DNA of 64,000 nt from the human T2T-CHM13v2.0 reference genome, Homo sapiens. The notes under the pieces were generated by a model. The model saw only the letters and a list, made by a program, of their open reading frames with translations. It was not told where the DNA came from and ran no database searches. Shown piece by piece: positions 27,060-43,461 of the stretch. The stretch's first letter is position 1. Every line of letters starts with the position of its first letter. The translations under genes were made by a program, and so were the position numbers. Location of the stretch: NCBI RefSeq assembly GCF_009914755.1, contig NC_060947.1, one strand, 5' to 3'.

Positions 27060-29693
27060 TGATATTGTTTGGCTCTGAGTCCCCACCCAAATCTCATCTC
27101 AAATTATAATCATCACATGTCCAGGGAGGGACCTGGTGGGAGGTAATTGGATCATGGGGACAGTTTCCCCCATGCAGTTCTTGTGATAGTGAGGGAGTTC
27201 TCATGAGAGCTGATGGTTTAAAAGTGGAAGTTTTCCCTGTACTGTCTCTCTCTTCTGCTGCCGTGTAAGACATGTCTTGCTTCCCCTTTGCCTTCTACCA
27301 TAATCATAAATTTTCTGAGGCCTCCCCGGTCATGTGAAACTGAGTCAAATCAACCTCTTTTCTTTATAAATTGTCCAGTCTCAATTAGTATCTTTATAGC
27401 AGTGTAAAAATAGACTAAACCCCAGCACTTTGGGAGGCCAGGGCGAGTGGATCACTTGAGGTCAGGAGTTCAAGACCAGCCTGGCCAACATGGCAAAACC
27501 TCATATCTACTAAAAATACAAAAAAATAGCCAGGCTTGCTGGCAGATGCCTGTAATCCCAGCTATTCAGGAGGCTGAGGCAGGAGGATCACTTGAACTTA
27601 GGAGGTGGCAGTTGCAGTGAGTCAAGATTGTGCCACTGCACTCCAGCCTGGGCAACAAGAGTGAAACTCCATCTCAAAAAAAAAAAATACTAATACAGAG
27701 ATTTGGTACTGGCAGAGTGGGGTACTGCTATAAAGACAACCTGAAAATGTGGAAGCAGCTTTGGAATTGGGTAACAGGCAGAGGTTGCAACAGTTTGCAG
27801 GGCTCAGAGGACAGGAAGATGTGAGAAATTTTGAAAATTCCTAGAGACTTGGTGAATGGCTTTGACCAACATGTCAATAGTGTTATGGATGATAAAGTCC
27901 AGGCTAAGGTGTTCTCAGATGAAGATGAGGAACTTCTTGGGAACTGGAGCAAAGGCCGCTCTTGCTATGCTTTACCAAAGAGACTGGTGGCATTTTCCCC
28001 CTGCCCTAGAGGGGCAAAGTTCTGTCAAACTTTGAACTTGAGAGAGATGATTTAGAGTATCTGGCAGAAGAAATTTCTAAGCAGGAAAGCATTCAAGAGG
28101 TGACCTGGCTTTTTCTGAAACATTCAGTCATATGCATTTACAAATAGATGGTTTGAAATTGGAACTTATGTTTTAAAGGGAAGCAGAGAGTAAACATTTG
28201 GAAAATTTGCAGCCTGACCACGTGGTAGAAAAGAAAAACCCATTTTCTGGAGAGAAATTAAAGCTGACTGCACAAATTTGCGTAAGTAATGAGGAGCCCA
28301 ATGTTAATCACCAAGACAATGTGAAAAATGTCTCCAGGGAATTTTAGAGATCTTAAATTCAGCTCCTCCCATCACTGGCCAGGAGGCCTAGGAGAGAAAA
28401 ATGGTTTTGTGGGCTGAGCCCACACCTCTGCTGCTCTGTCCATCCTCAAAACTTGGTTCCCTGCATCCCAGCCACTCCAGCTCCAGCCATTGCTTAAAAG
28501 GAGTTAACATACAGCTCAGGCTTAAGCCTTAATGGCTTCCACATGGTGTTGGGCCTGTGGGTGCACAGAAGTCAAGAACTGAGGCTTGGGAACTTCTCCC
28601 TAGATTTCAGAGGATATATGGAAATGCTTGAATGTCTAGGTAGAAGTCTGCTGAAGGGGCAGAGCCCTCATGGAGAAGCTCTGCTAGGGCAGTGTGAAAG
28701 GGAAATGTGGGATTGGAACTCCCACACAGAGTCCCCACTGGGGCACTGCCTAGTGGAGCTGTGAGAAGAGGCCCACTGTCCTCTAAACCCCAGAATGGTA
28801 GATCCACCAACAGCTTACACCACGTGCCTGGTGAAGGTGCGGACACTCAATGCCAGCCCATGAAAGTAGCTGGGAGGTGGGCAGTATCCTGCAAAGCCAC
28901 AGGAGAAGAGCTGCCCAAGACCATGGGAACCCACCTCTTGCGTCAGCGTGACCTGGATGTGAGACATGGAGTCAAAAGACATCATTTTGGAGCTTTAAGA
29001 TTTAAGGGTTCCCCTGCCAGGTTTCAAACTTGCATGGGACCTGTAGCCTTTTTGTTTGGGCTAACTTCTCCTATTTGGAATGGGAACATTCACCCTGTGC
29101 CTCTACCCCATTGTATCTTGGAACTAACTAACTTGTTTTTGATTTTACAGGCTCATAGACAGAAAGGACTTGCCATGTCTCAGATAAAATTTTGGACTTG
29201 GACTATGGGGTTAATGCTGGAATGAGTTAAGACTTTGGGGGACTGCTTGGAAGACATGATGGCATAATTGGTTTTGAAATGTGAAAAGCACATGAGATTT
29301 GGAAGGGGCCGGGGTGGAATAATATGGTTTGCATCTGTGTCCCCACACAAATCTCATCTCAAATTGTAATCCCCAAGTGTCAAGGGAGAGATCTGGTGTG
29401 AGGTGATTGGGTCTTGGGGTTTGAGGTGATTGGTTTCACCGATGCTGTTCTTGTGATAGTGAGGGAGTTCTCACAAGATCTGATGGTTTAACAGTGGCAG
29501 TTTTCTCTGCACTCTCTCTCTGTCCTGCTGTCATGTAAGATGTGCCTTGCTTCTTCTTCACCTTTGGTCATGATTGTAATTTTCTTGAGGCCTCACCAGC
29601 CATGCGGAACTGTGAGTCAATTAAACCTTTTTTTAAAAATTAATTACCTAATCTCAGGTATTTTTTATGGGAATGTAAAAATAGACTAATTCA
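27060..29693 (+). mobile_element. Full-length THE1/MST MaLR provirus (5' LTR 27060-27697, internal 27698-29319, 3' LTR 29320-29693)
   Basis: Two similar LTRs (TGATAT..TAATACA), MaLR internal sequence, TSD GGAGC/GGAAC. Confidence 0.9.
27421..27687 (+). mobile_element. 5'-truncated AluS in the end of the 5' LTR
   Basis: CCCAGCACTTTGGGAGGCC...CATCTC(A)n; flanked by AAAATAGACTAA / AAAATACTAA. Confidence 0.88.
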
Positions 29694-32231
29694 GGAACTA
29701 TGAGAAATGAATTATTAACTTTAAGAACATAAATTATTGGATTGAGAGTATAGATGAAAATTAATTCAAGCACTGGCACATTGAAAAGATAATTGAAATA
29801 GACAATTTTGGAAAATCCAATTATGAATCAGAAACAGAAAATAAAATATATGCTATCACAAATTAGGAAGGAAATAAAATTACTAATAATGATAGTGATT
29901 AGTTGCTCATTTTCCATCTTGTCATTTGCCTCTAGGAAAATTAAGTTATTTGTCTGGAGATTAAAGCCAAGTGACAAGATTCAAAGTCATGTAGTAGAAA
30001 CATGGTTTCCTTATAATTCTGTGAGTCAATGAAAATGTAAGCAGCTGAATGACTCTCAGATAGAGGGAAATAAAATGGCAGAGAGATGGGAAAGTAGGAA
30101 TCAAAGATCAGGTGCTTGGGAAGTCCTTAGGAATGCAACATTATTTGGAATAGAAGCTTGGACTTGGTAAACTTGGCAAATGTTCTCACTTATTCTTGTG
30201 TACATCTCCTCTGTCTTTCCCTAATTGTGAATAAATATTACTTTTGAAAAAGCCATCCTGGTTCAGCTAGATTAAGGGAAGCAAAGGAACACGGTTGGGC
30301 CAGGGACTGAGAGAAGTGGTATCACAGTGTTGAGTGTTGGATATGATGGCAATTTTAAAGAACCCTAAGAGTTTAGGTGAAATTGACAGGGTCTTGGAAA
30401 ACACAATTTCTTTTTCATTGGGACATTATTTGATTGTCATTTTCATAATGTAATTGTTTTCAGTACCCAAAAGTGTGCTTGGCACATAGTAAATGCCGAA
30501 TACATTTCTGCTGAATGATTGAGGCCTTCCTTATAAAGGCAAACCAGGTAATTCTTTTATCTTACCCTAGCAAATGTCTCACAGTGAAGATAACTTTATG
30601 GCAGAAGTGAGGCAAAGGTGTTTCCAGGTTGCTGCTGTTTTTTTAACAAGGTTGCCCTACTCAGTCCATTAAGTATTTCTGCTCTCCGCATCCACTGGTC
30701 TTTTGCCTTTGGTGATAATTATCAGGCACCTGTGTGTAAATAGGATTATAAGTAATTAACTAGAACTTTATTTACTAAACACATCTAATCAGAGAAGACT
30801 CTGGCTGTGGCAATCAGTGAAAAGTGTCATCCTCCTGTGATTTTCCAGGCAACAATAACAACAGCACTAATAGCTCACAGTTATTAGTGCATCCACCAGC
30901 ATTCAGAGTAGCAATTTCAAACCAAGTGTGATGGTAAAGGGACTTTGCAGATTGTGCTGATATTTTCACTAATAACCCACGATTAAAATTTAATTCAGGC
31001 CTGTAACCTTGCCTACTCTTGAGATTACTAGGCAATATTTCTGGCCAAAAATTAAGCTGCACATTTGTAGTTCTTACAAAGATGTGGGAAATATCATGAC
31101 TTATTTTAAAAGACATGGGCTTAAGAAGCAAGTAGTCCTGGTTCAAATACTTTCTGTGCCACTTAGTAGGTATCTGACTTTGGGAAAGTTATTTTTTTTC
31201 TCTCTGAACTTTTTAACTGAAAACATCACTGAATAAGGAAAATAATATCTATCTTGATAAGCAATAGAAGATAGTGGTTAAAAGTGTAGGCTCTGTACAT
31301 GCCTCACCCATTGCAACCAGTGCGGACATGTACCATCAGGGGCCTTAAGGACAAGGTCACTATGATCACTTCCATCAGTGTCCACGTGTGTTATTCAGGG
31401 TTCTGGGGATGAATTTGTTCTGTTTGCTGGTGCCAGTGCACACCGTCCAAAAAGCAGAGGATGGGTCCACTCTGCCCACACTGATGCCTATGTGCATCTC
31501 ATAGGGGCCTGAAGACTGGCCCACCCAGCTTGCCACTAATACCACCACTGGCATCCATCTTCATGCACCACCCAGGGGCCAGAGAACTGGGATTTCCAGC
31601 CCACTGCTGCCATTGCTAGTGTCCATGTGCAGCACTATGGGGCTTTCATGTTGGCCTGCCACTGCTTCTGCCATAATCAATGCCACATATGCCATTCAGG
31701 GGCCTAAGGACCCTTCCACCCACCCAGCCCACAACTGTCACTGCTGGCACATAAGCAAGTTTTCTTGAGGCTCAAGGACCAGCCCGCCTAGCCTGCCTGG
31801 CATTGCCATCCCTAGGAAAGCCTCACCATAGCCTCTAATAACAAGTGCAGCCTAAGCCACTGAGAAACAGACACCACTGACAGTGATTGTAGCTGAAGAA
31901 GTCATACAGAAACTACATTACTGTACCTACCCAGAATCAAAGCCAAAGTAGTCTACCAAGCCAACACTACAAATAGATATGTAGAAAAATGTATTTCCCT
32001 GTGGAAACCATTGCATAAAATTGGAAAAAGTGACGATTACACCAGATGCACATATATGAACATAAGAACGCAAGAAACATGAAAAGGAAATATGTAACTT
32101 CTGGAAGAACACAGTATTTCTCCTGTAACAGATCCTAATGAAAAGGAAATCTATTACATGTCTGAAAAAGAATTCAAAATAACAATTTTAAAGAAATTCA
32201 GTAAGATACAACAGAATGCACGTAAACAATA

Positions 32232-32513
32232 CAGTTGTCCCTTGAACAACATGGGTTTGAACCATGTGGGTACACTTATACGTGAATTTTTATGTAATAA
32301 ATGCAGTCAATCTTCCATATCTGAGGTTTCGCTTCTACAGCCAAATGCAGATTAAAAATACAGTATTTTGGGGTTGCAAAACCCACATATATGGAAGGCA
32401 GACTTTTCATATACACGAGTTCTGTAATGCTGACTACAGGATTTGAGTATGTGTGGATATTGGTAGATGTTGGAGATCCTGGAACCAAACCCACATGTAT
32501 ACTGAAGCACAAG
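32232..32513 (+). mobile_element. Tigger2-family non-autonomous DNA transposon
   Basis: TA|CAGTTGTCCCTTGAACAACATGGGTTTGAAC terminal sequence. Confidence 0.7.
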
Positions 32514-34687
32514 TAAACAAAGAAATAATAATAAATTTATGAACAAGATGACAAATTCAACAAATAGATGTCATAAAAAAGAACCAAACAGAAATCCTGG
32601 AACTGAGGAATTCAATGAGTAAAATTAAAAAAAAATACAATGCAGAATAGACTACCTCAAGCAGGAGAAATAATTTCTAAACTCTTAGACTGATCTTTTG
32701 AAATAACTCAATCCAACCAAAAGAAAAAAAATAAAGAAAAAAGAAAAAAAAGAATGAAGAAAGTCTACATGACATACTTGACACTATAGAGCACACAAAT
32801 GTTTAAATTTCAGGAGTTCCAGAAGGGCAAGAGATGGGCAAAATCATTGAAAACTTATTAATAAAATAATAGCTGAAAATTTCCAAGTCTTGCAATCTAG
32901 AAAATAAAACCAGGAGGAACTTTGGAAACTGTACAAATGCATACAAATTAAACAACTTGATCCTAAATGACCTATGGGTAAATTTAAAAAAACTAAAAAT
33001 AAAATCAAACAAATTGTGAAAACAAAAGAAAATAGAAACACAGCATATTAAAACCTATATGATACAACAAGAGCAGTGCTAAGAAAGAAGTATATAGTAA
33101 AAAAAAACACTATATCAAAAAAGTAGAAAGATTTTAATAAATAACTTAATGGTACACCTCAAGGAACTAACCAAACACAAGATTATTAAGGATACACATC
33201 AGGAACAAACCAAACCCAAAATTCTTAAAAAGAAAGAAGTAATAAAGATCAGAATGAAATTCAATGAAATAGAAAATTTTTAGAAATACAAAAAAAAATC
33301 AATGTAACAAATAGAATTGAAAAAATAAAACCAAAAAATTAATGAAGCACTAACTAGATTAACCAAGAAAAGGGGGAAAAGATCCAAATAAATGAAATCA
33401 GAAATGAAAAAGGAGACATTTCTACTGATAAGCACAGAAACATAAAGATTATTATAGGGTATTATTAACAACTATATGCTAACAAATTGGAAAGCCTAGA
33501 GAAAAATAAGTTTCTGGACACTTAAAACCTACCAAGTTTGAATCAGAAAGAAATAGGAAACCTGAAGCCAAAAATAATGAGTTACAAAATGTAATCATTA
33601 ATAAAAAGTCTTCTAACAAAAACAAGCCCAGGATCAGATGGTTTTATTGCTAAATTATCCCATACTTATAAACAACTAACATCAATTCCTCTCAAACTAT
33701 TCCATAAAACTGAAGTGGAGGAAATTCTCCCTAACTAATTCTATTAGACCAGAATTACCATGATACTAAAACCAGTCAAGAACATAAAAAAAAAAAAAAT
33801 AGACAAATAAACAAACATAAAAAAACTACAGGGCAATATTCCTCGTGATTCCTGATGAACACAAATGCATTTTTTTTTACAAAATATTAACAAACTAAAT
33901 CCAGTAACACATCAAAAAGATAATACACAATTATAAGATGGAGTTAAATCCAGGGATGTAACATGGTTCAACATAAGCAAATCAATAAATGAGATACATC
34001 ATACCAATATAATGGACAAAACAAATACCATTTATCTCAATAGATACAAAAAACATTTGATAAATTCAACATCCCTTCGTGATAAAACTCTCAACAAATA
34101 AGGCATAGAAGGAACATGCTTCAAAATAATAAAGGTCATATAAGACAAACCCACAGCTAACATCACACTGAATGGGAGAAAGCTGAAAACCTTTCTTTTA
34201 ATAATTGAAACAAGACAAAAATGTCAATTTTACTAGTCTTACTTAATATGGTATTGGAAGTCCCAGTCAGAGAAATCAGTCAAGAGAAAGAAAAAGAAAT
34301 GCATCCAAATTGTAAAAGAAAAAAAATCAAACGGTCTTTCTTTTCCAAAGACATGCTCTTATATATAGAAAAATCTTAAGTCCTGACAAAACACTCTTAT
34401 AACTGACAAATTCAGTAAAGTTGCTGCATACAAAAGCAACATACAAAACTCCAATAGTTTATACATCAGTAATCACATTAGCTGAAAAATAAATAATGAA
34501 AACAATCTCATTTACAGTAGCTACCAAAAGAAAAACCCACTGAGAAATAAATTAAACCAAGAAAGTGAAAGACCGCTACAACAAAAACCACAAATCACTG
34601 GCAGAAGAAATTGAAGAGAACACAAACAAAAGGAAAGACATCCCATGCTAATGATTCAAAAAATATTGTTAAGATGGCCATACCACC

Positions 34688-37313
<2,626 letters not shown>

Positions 37314-37690
37314 CTACCCAAAACAATTTACAGATTCAATTCATTCCCTAATGAAGTACCAGTTTTGTCACAAAAAGAGGAAAAACAATTATAAAATTTG
37401 TAGGGAACTACCAAAGACCCCAAATAGTCAAAGTAATACTGAGCAAAAAGAACAAAACCGGAGGCATGAAACTACCTGACTTCGGAATATACTTCAAAGG
37501 TATAGTAAGGAAAACAGAATGGTAATTAGACCCTTAGTCTCACTGCATACAAAAGTCAACTTAAAATGGATTAGAAACTTAAATATAAGACCCAAAATTA
37601 CATAACTAGTAGAAAAAAAATCATAGGAAAACCCTTCAGGGCATTGGTCTATGTAAATATTTTATGGCTAAGGCTTAAAAAAGATAGGCA

Positions 37691-38244
37691 CCTACTAATC
37701 CATCATCTAGGTATTAAGTCCAGTATGCATTAGCTATCTTTCCTCATGCTCTCCCCTCTCACTCTCCACCAACAGGCCACAGTATGTGTTGTTCCCCTCC
37801 CCATGTGTTGTGCCCATATGTTGTCATTGTTCAGCTTCCACTTATAAGTAAGAACATGTGGTATTTGGTTTTCTGTTCTTGTGTTAGTTTGCTGAGGATA
37901 ATGGCTTCCAGCTTCATCCATGTCCCTGCAAAGGACATGATCTCATTCCTTTTTATGGCTGCATAGTATTCCATTTATGGTACATAGTATATGTACCACA
38001 TTTTCCTTATGCAGTCTATCATCGATAGATATTTGGGCTGATTCCATGTCTTTACTATTGTGAATGGTGCTGCAATGAACATACACGTGCATGTATCTTT
38101 ATAATAGAATGACTTATATTTCTTTGGGTGTATACCCAGTAATGGGATTGCTGGGTCAAATGGATGGCACATGCTTACCTATATAACAAACCTGCACATC
38201 TTGCACATGTACCCTGGAACTTAAAAAATAAAATAATTTAAAGT
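37691..38244 (+). mobile_element. Short 5'-inverted (twin-primed) L1PA: antisense ~37691-38163, sense ~38164-38244
   Basis: Antisense ORF2 end/3'UTR (FDPAIPLLGIHPK) fused to sense ATGGCACATG..AACCTGCACAT..; TSD AAAAAGATAGGCA / AAAAAGGTAGGCA. Confidence 0.82.
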
Positions 38245-38959
38245 AAAAAGGTAGGCAACAAAAACAATACGGAGATTTTTCAAAAACCTAAAAATGGAAC
38301 TACCATATGATCCAGCATTCTCACTACTGGGTATTTCTTTAAGGGAAAGGAATTAAATATATCAAAGGGATACTTGCACCCTTTGATGTTTATTGAAGGA
38401 CTATTCACAGCAGCAAAGATATGGAAACAACCCATATGTTCATTAATGGATGAATCAGTAAAGACAATGTGGTATATATACATGGTAGAATACTATTCAG
38501 CCATAAAAAATAATGAAATGCTGCCATTTGCAGCAGCATGGATGAAACTGAAGGTCACTATGTTAAGTGAAATAAACCAGGAACAGAAAGATAAATATTG
38601 CATTTTTCCATATGTGGGAGGGAAAAATTGATTTTATTGAGGTAGAAAGTAGAATAATAGCTACCAGAGCCTAGAAAGGGTAGAGAGTTAAAGAGAGTTT
38701 GTTTAATGTCTACAAGTGTAAAGTTAGATAGGAAAAAAATAAGTTATAATGTTAAATAGCACGGTATTATTGTGTATTTCCAAATAGCTAAAAGAGAAGA
38801 GTTGAAATGTTACCAACACAAAAAAATGATAAATGAGGTGTTGGATACCCTAAATATCCTGATTTTACCATTTTACATTGTATGTATGTAATAAAATATC
38901 ACATGTACCCCATAAATATGTACAAATATTATGTATCAATAAAAAATATAGATTCTGTG

Positions 38960-41900
38960 TTCCACTTCTGCTTAAGGCATGGGGGTTGAATTAACACACT
39001 CGCATCTTAATGATAATAAAGATTCAGATAAACTAGAAAATTATAACTTTTCCTGAGTCCATCAGAGAGCTGATATTGCACACAAAAAGGGATGCTTCTT
39101 TCTCCCCAAGGAGAGATGAGATACGCACACTGTCTCATTCAAGACAGAGCACCGGAAGAATATATTACTTTCATTAAAGTAGGTAAGAAAAAATCAGGAA
39201 CATTCTGAATGAATGAATTAAGGCTGAGTGTGTGTTAGTGTGACAGTACCAAATGCCTGGTATGAACAGACACAAGATGAATTAACATTAGCTTTCAGGC
39301 TCTTTTTTTTTTTTTTTTTCATGGATCTCCAGTATTTTCTCAAGAGAAAGATTGGAGGCAGGGTAGGGGACCAGAGAGAACCTTCCTTGTTGATGCAAGC
39401 GTACAACAAGGGATCAGATGCCACTACAGGAAAGATACGAAGCCCTGCACCAACCACTGCTTGAATCTTATTTCAAAATACTTAACCTGCTGGTGAAAGG
39501 GCAATAAACGGTGTCATCCTCAGGGCACAGGTAAAGACAGATTGTTACTAGAGGAAGGGCAGAGGAAAAGTCAAACTCTTCATGTCTAGAGGAAGGGTAG
39601 GTAATAGTACAGGGCCCAGGATTACTTATCAATCCCATTAGAAGTCTCCTGCTGCTGAAAGGTGGAGTGAAATTTATCTCCCACACAAAACTCATAATAC
39701 AAGATTCAGGTTTGGCTGCCATAAGGCATATGGCTTGGAAAACTGAGAAACACACCTCTGAAGACCAGGTTCACAGGGCCTAACTGAGACTGAGTCTGAA
39801 CCAGAACAATAGAGAACTCTCTCTCCATGTCCCTAACCTATCAAGCATAAATAACCAGCAAGAGCAGTCTACCACTAGTTAACTGGCAAAATTATGCAGA
39901 GAGACTCCCTGTATACAGCAGACATATAGAGACATCAGAAAGCTAAGGATAGAGCACAAACTTTGAGAAACCCTCTACAGAAACTCCCAGCACTCAATCT
40001 CAAGACAAGCTCATGATAGAGGCTGTTGCCAGTGAATAGCCACAAGGTAACCATAGCAAAAATAAAACATAAAACCTCAACCTAACTCCTGACTAGATTA
40101 ATTCAGTTCCCCACATGAATTTCCTGAAAAGGACATATCAATTTCCAGACATAAATGCTATTCGCCTTGGTCTTTCTTATTCTACATATGAAGCTGTTTG
40201 GCTTTCAACTAAAAAATTGCAAGACAGAAAAAACAAGCAAAAACATCCTATTTTGAAGAGACAAACCAATATAATCAAATTCAGAGATCAATCAGATGTT
40301 GAAAGAGGCAAAGATTTTAAAATAACCAATATGAATATGATAATCTAATAGAAAATGGGGGCAACGTGCATAAACACCTAGAGAATTTCAGCAGAAACAT
40401 GGAAATTATGAGAAAGACACAAATAGAAATTCTAGAGAAAAAAGAGTATAATATCAGAGATAAGGAATTATTATGAGAGGTTTATAAGTTGACATTACAT
40501 AGCCAAAGAAATAATCATGGAACATAAGAGAGATGAATATAAATTATCCAACCTGCATGTAAATATTTAAAAAGGCATGTAAAAAGGGAGGAGAAATGAA
40601 TATCCAAGAGCTCTGAAGCGAGATCAAAAAATCTAACATACATGTTATAAGTGTACTTGTAATTCCAGGAAAAGAAAAAAGGAACAAAGCAAATGAAATA
40701 TTTGAAGAGACAATGGTCAAGAATTTTCCAGAAATAAAGGCAGACATTCAATCCACAAATGCAAGCAAGATACATAACTCCATCTCTCTGTTTCTTTTTC
40801 TCTCATTTCCCGTCTCTTTCTCTCTGTCTGCTACAAACCAAAGAGAAAAATCAAATTACACTCAGAGTAAAAAATGTGAGAATTATTACAGACTTCTCCC
40901 CAGAAACAATGAAAAAAAGAAATAAATAAATTGTCATTTTTGATGTATAAATACAATAAAACTGTCAATCTAGAATTCTATGCTTATTGAACATTTTTAA
41001 TAAGGAAGATGAAATCACATATACTTTTAGATAAAAACAGCTGAGAGATTTTCTATCAGGAGAGATGCACTAAAAGAAATGACAAAGGAAGTTCTTAAAG
41101 CAGAAGGAGCATGATATCAAGCAGGAATTTGAATATACGCAAAGAAATGAAAAGCTCCAGAGAAGATAAAAATATCATTATATAAAATATTATTTCTTAT
41201 GTTTGACTTTACTAAAAGTAACTGAATTTTTAAAGTAACAGTAGTAACAATATATTGTGCTGTACAAATAAGACAAAAAAGTAATAGCACAAACAATAAC
41301 AGTTAAAAACTGGATCTACATGGTGTCTTTCTCGCTATTAATACATATGAAGTAGAGTAACATTAATACATATGAAGTAGAATAACATTTGAATATACAC
41401 TGTGATATGTTAATTGTGTGTATTGTAAAACTTAGAAAAATGACTAAAAACATAGGTTTAAAAAATAAGCTAATAGTGTAGTTAAAGGAGATAATAAAGA
41501 AAATTCATTTAGTATCTGCAGAAATGGTAATATAAAGTAAGTAACAAATGGAACAAGTAGAAAACAACTGGTAAGTTGGTAGAGGTATATTCAACTATAT
41601 CGATAACTGGATTACATATACATTGTTAAAATATCCCAACTTAAATGAAAGAAGTTTCCAGATGGGACACGGAATAAGACATAACTAAAGGTTATATGGA
41701 AGAATGTTCTTTTAAATATAAAGATGTAGATAGTTTAAAAGATGGAAACATATTTACCATAAAACCTCAAGTTAAAAAATAACTGGTTTGGCCACGTTAA
41801 TATAAGACGAAGTAGATTTTTTGTAAAAAAGAATAATACTAGGGAGAAAGATGGATATTACATATGAATGAAAAACATCGGTTTACCCAGAAAACATAAT

Positions 41901-42640
41901 GATCTTAAACATTAGGCACCTACCAACAACGCTTAAAAATACATGAATGAAAAACGGATAGAATTGAAGAAGAAATAGACAAATCCACAATGATAGTTGA
42001 AGATCTCAAGACTCTTCCCTCAGTTACTGATAAAAACAAGTAGGAATTACATAAGTAAGGATATACAAGACCTAACAACCTTGTCAATGGATCTAACCTA
42101 TTTGGCATTTGTAGATCAAGCTACACGATAGCAGCAGGATACGCATTCTCTTTAAGTACACAGGTAACATTCACAAAGATAAACCATAATATGAGCCATA
42201 AAGCAAAAATTTACAAAAATAGAAAATATAAAAATCATGTTCAGTAATATTTTAGAATGCTTAAAAACCAACCAATGAACAAAAATAAAAATCTAACAAA
42301 CAAAACATCACTGACTCTACCAAATGCTGATGAAGATGTGGAGCAACATCATTGGTGGAATTGTGAAATGCTACATCTACTCAGGAAAAAAGTTTAACAT
42401 TTCTTATAAAGTTAAATATATACTTGCTGTGAATTATATAACTCACTCCTGGATGATGAAGCGAAATAAAAATGTAAATATACACAAAAATCTGTACAAG
42501 AATGTTTCTTTTATTTTTATTATAATTTCCAAAGCTTAGGAAAATACTGAAGCTTGTCAATTAGTGATTGGATTTTTAAAAATTCTGATAAATCCCTACA
42601 GTGGAATACTACTTAGCAGTGAATAGGAAGGAAGAAGTAG
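38960..42640 (+). mobile_element. Ancient L1M fragments (5'/ORF1/ORF2/3')
   Basis: A-rich degenerate L1 motifs (GAAATAGACAAATCCACAATGATAGTTGAAGA, GTGGAATACTACTTAGCAG). Confidence 0.55.
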
Positions 42641-43056
42641 GTTCTGGCCAGAAGATAATCAGGTAAACGTATCTGTACATAACATACAAGCATAGGAAGA
42701 TTTTGAAATGTAGAAAGAAGAATGTGGCAGAATACAAAGGGGACTTTGGGACTTCAGGAACTACATGGCACTTATTTCCATGAGTTTTCTAATTAGCTTT
42801 CATATATCTTAAAAGAGTACTACAGCAGTCTCCAGTCTGGTACCAGCAACAGGCACAGGCTAAAAGAAAAATCTTGACGAAAAACCTATTTGCCTTAACC
42901 AGAAGACCAGAAAAAGGATGGCCCAACATAGCAGAAAACATTTTGCAACACCCATCCTATTCCCACCAAACACCAGAGAAAAAGCTTCTCTTCCAGACAC
43001 ACAATTTCAGTGAGGCCAAGAAGGCAGCTAATCTTGCACACAGCCCTGGACCCCAC

Positions 43057-43461
43057 CAATATAGTCTGGATATTTGTTCCACCCAAATATCATGTTGGGA
43101 TGTAATCCCAAGTGTTGGAGGCGGGGCCAAGTAGGAGCGTGTGAGTCATGGGGCCAGATTCCTCATGGTTGGATGCTATCCTCTTGATAGTGAGTGAGTT
43201 TGCATGAGATCCGATAGTTTAAAAGTATGCAGCACCTCCCACCTCCTCTCTTGCTCCTGCTTTCACCATGTGATGTGCCTGCTCCTGCTTCACCTTTTAT
43301 CGTTAGTAAAACCTTCCTGAGGCCTCCCCAGAAGCCAAACAGGTGTCAGCACCATGCTTCCTGTACAGCCTGCAGAATCATAAACCAATCAAACCTCTTT
43401 TTAAAATAAATTACCCACCCTCAGGTATTTCTTCATAGCAATGCAAGAATGGCCCAATATA
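43057..43461 (+). mobile_element. MSTB-type solo LTR
   Basis: GGCCTCCCCAGAAGCC...CATGCTTCCTGTACAGCCTGCAGAA...ATAGCAATGCAAGAATGG. Confidence 0.8.

Noticed and set aside
41337-41389. 25-bp tandem duplication ATTAATACATATGAAGTAGA(G/A)TAAC
   Set aside because: Ordinary local slippage duplication in an old L1.
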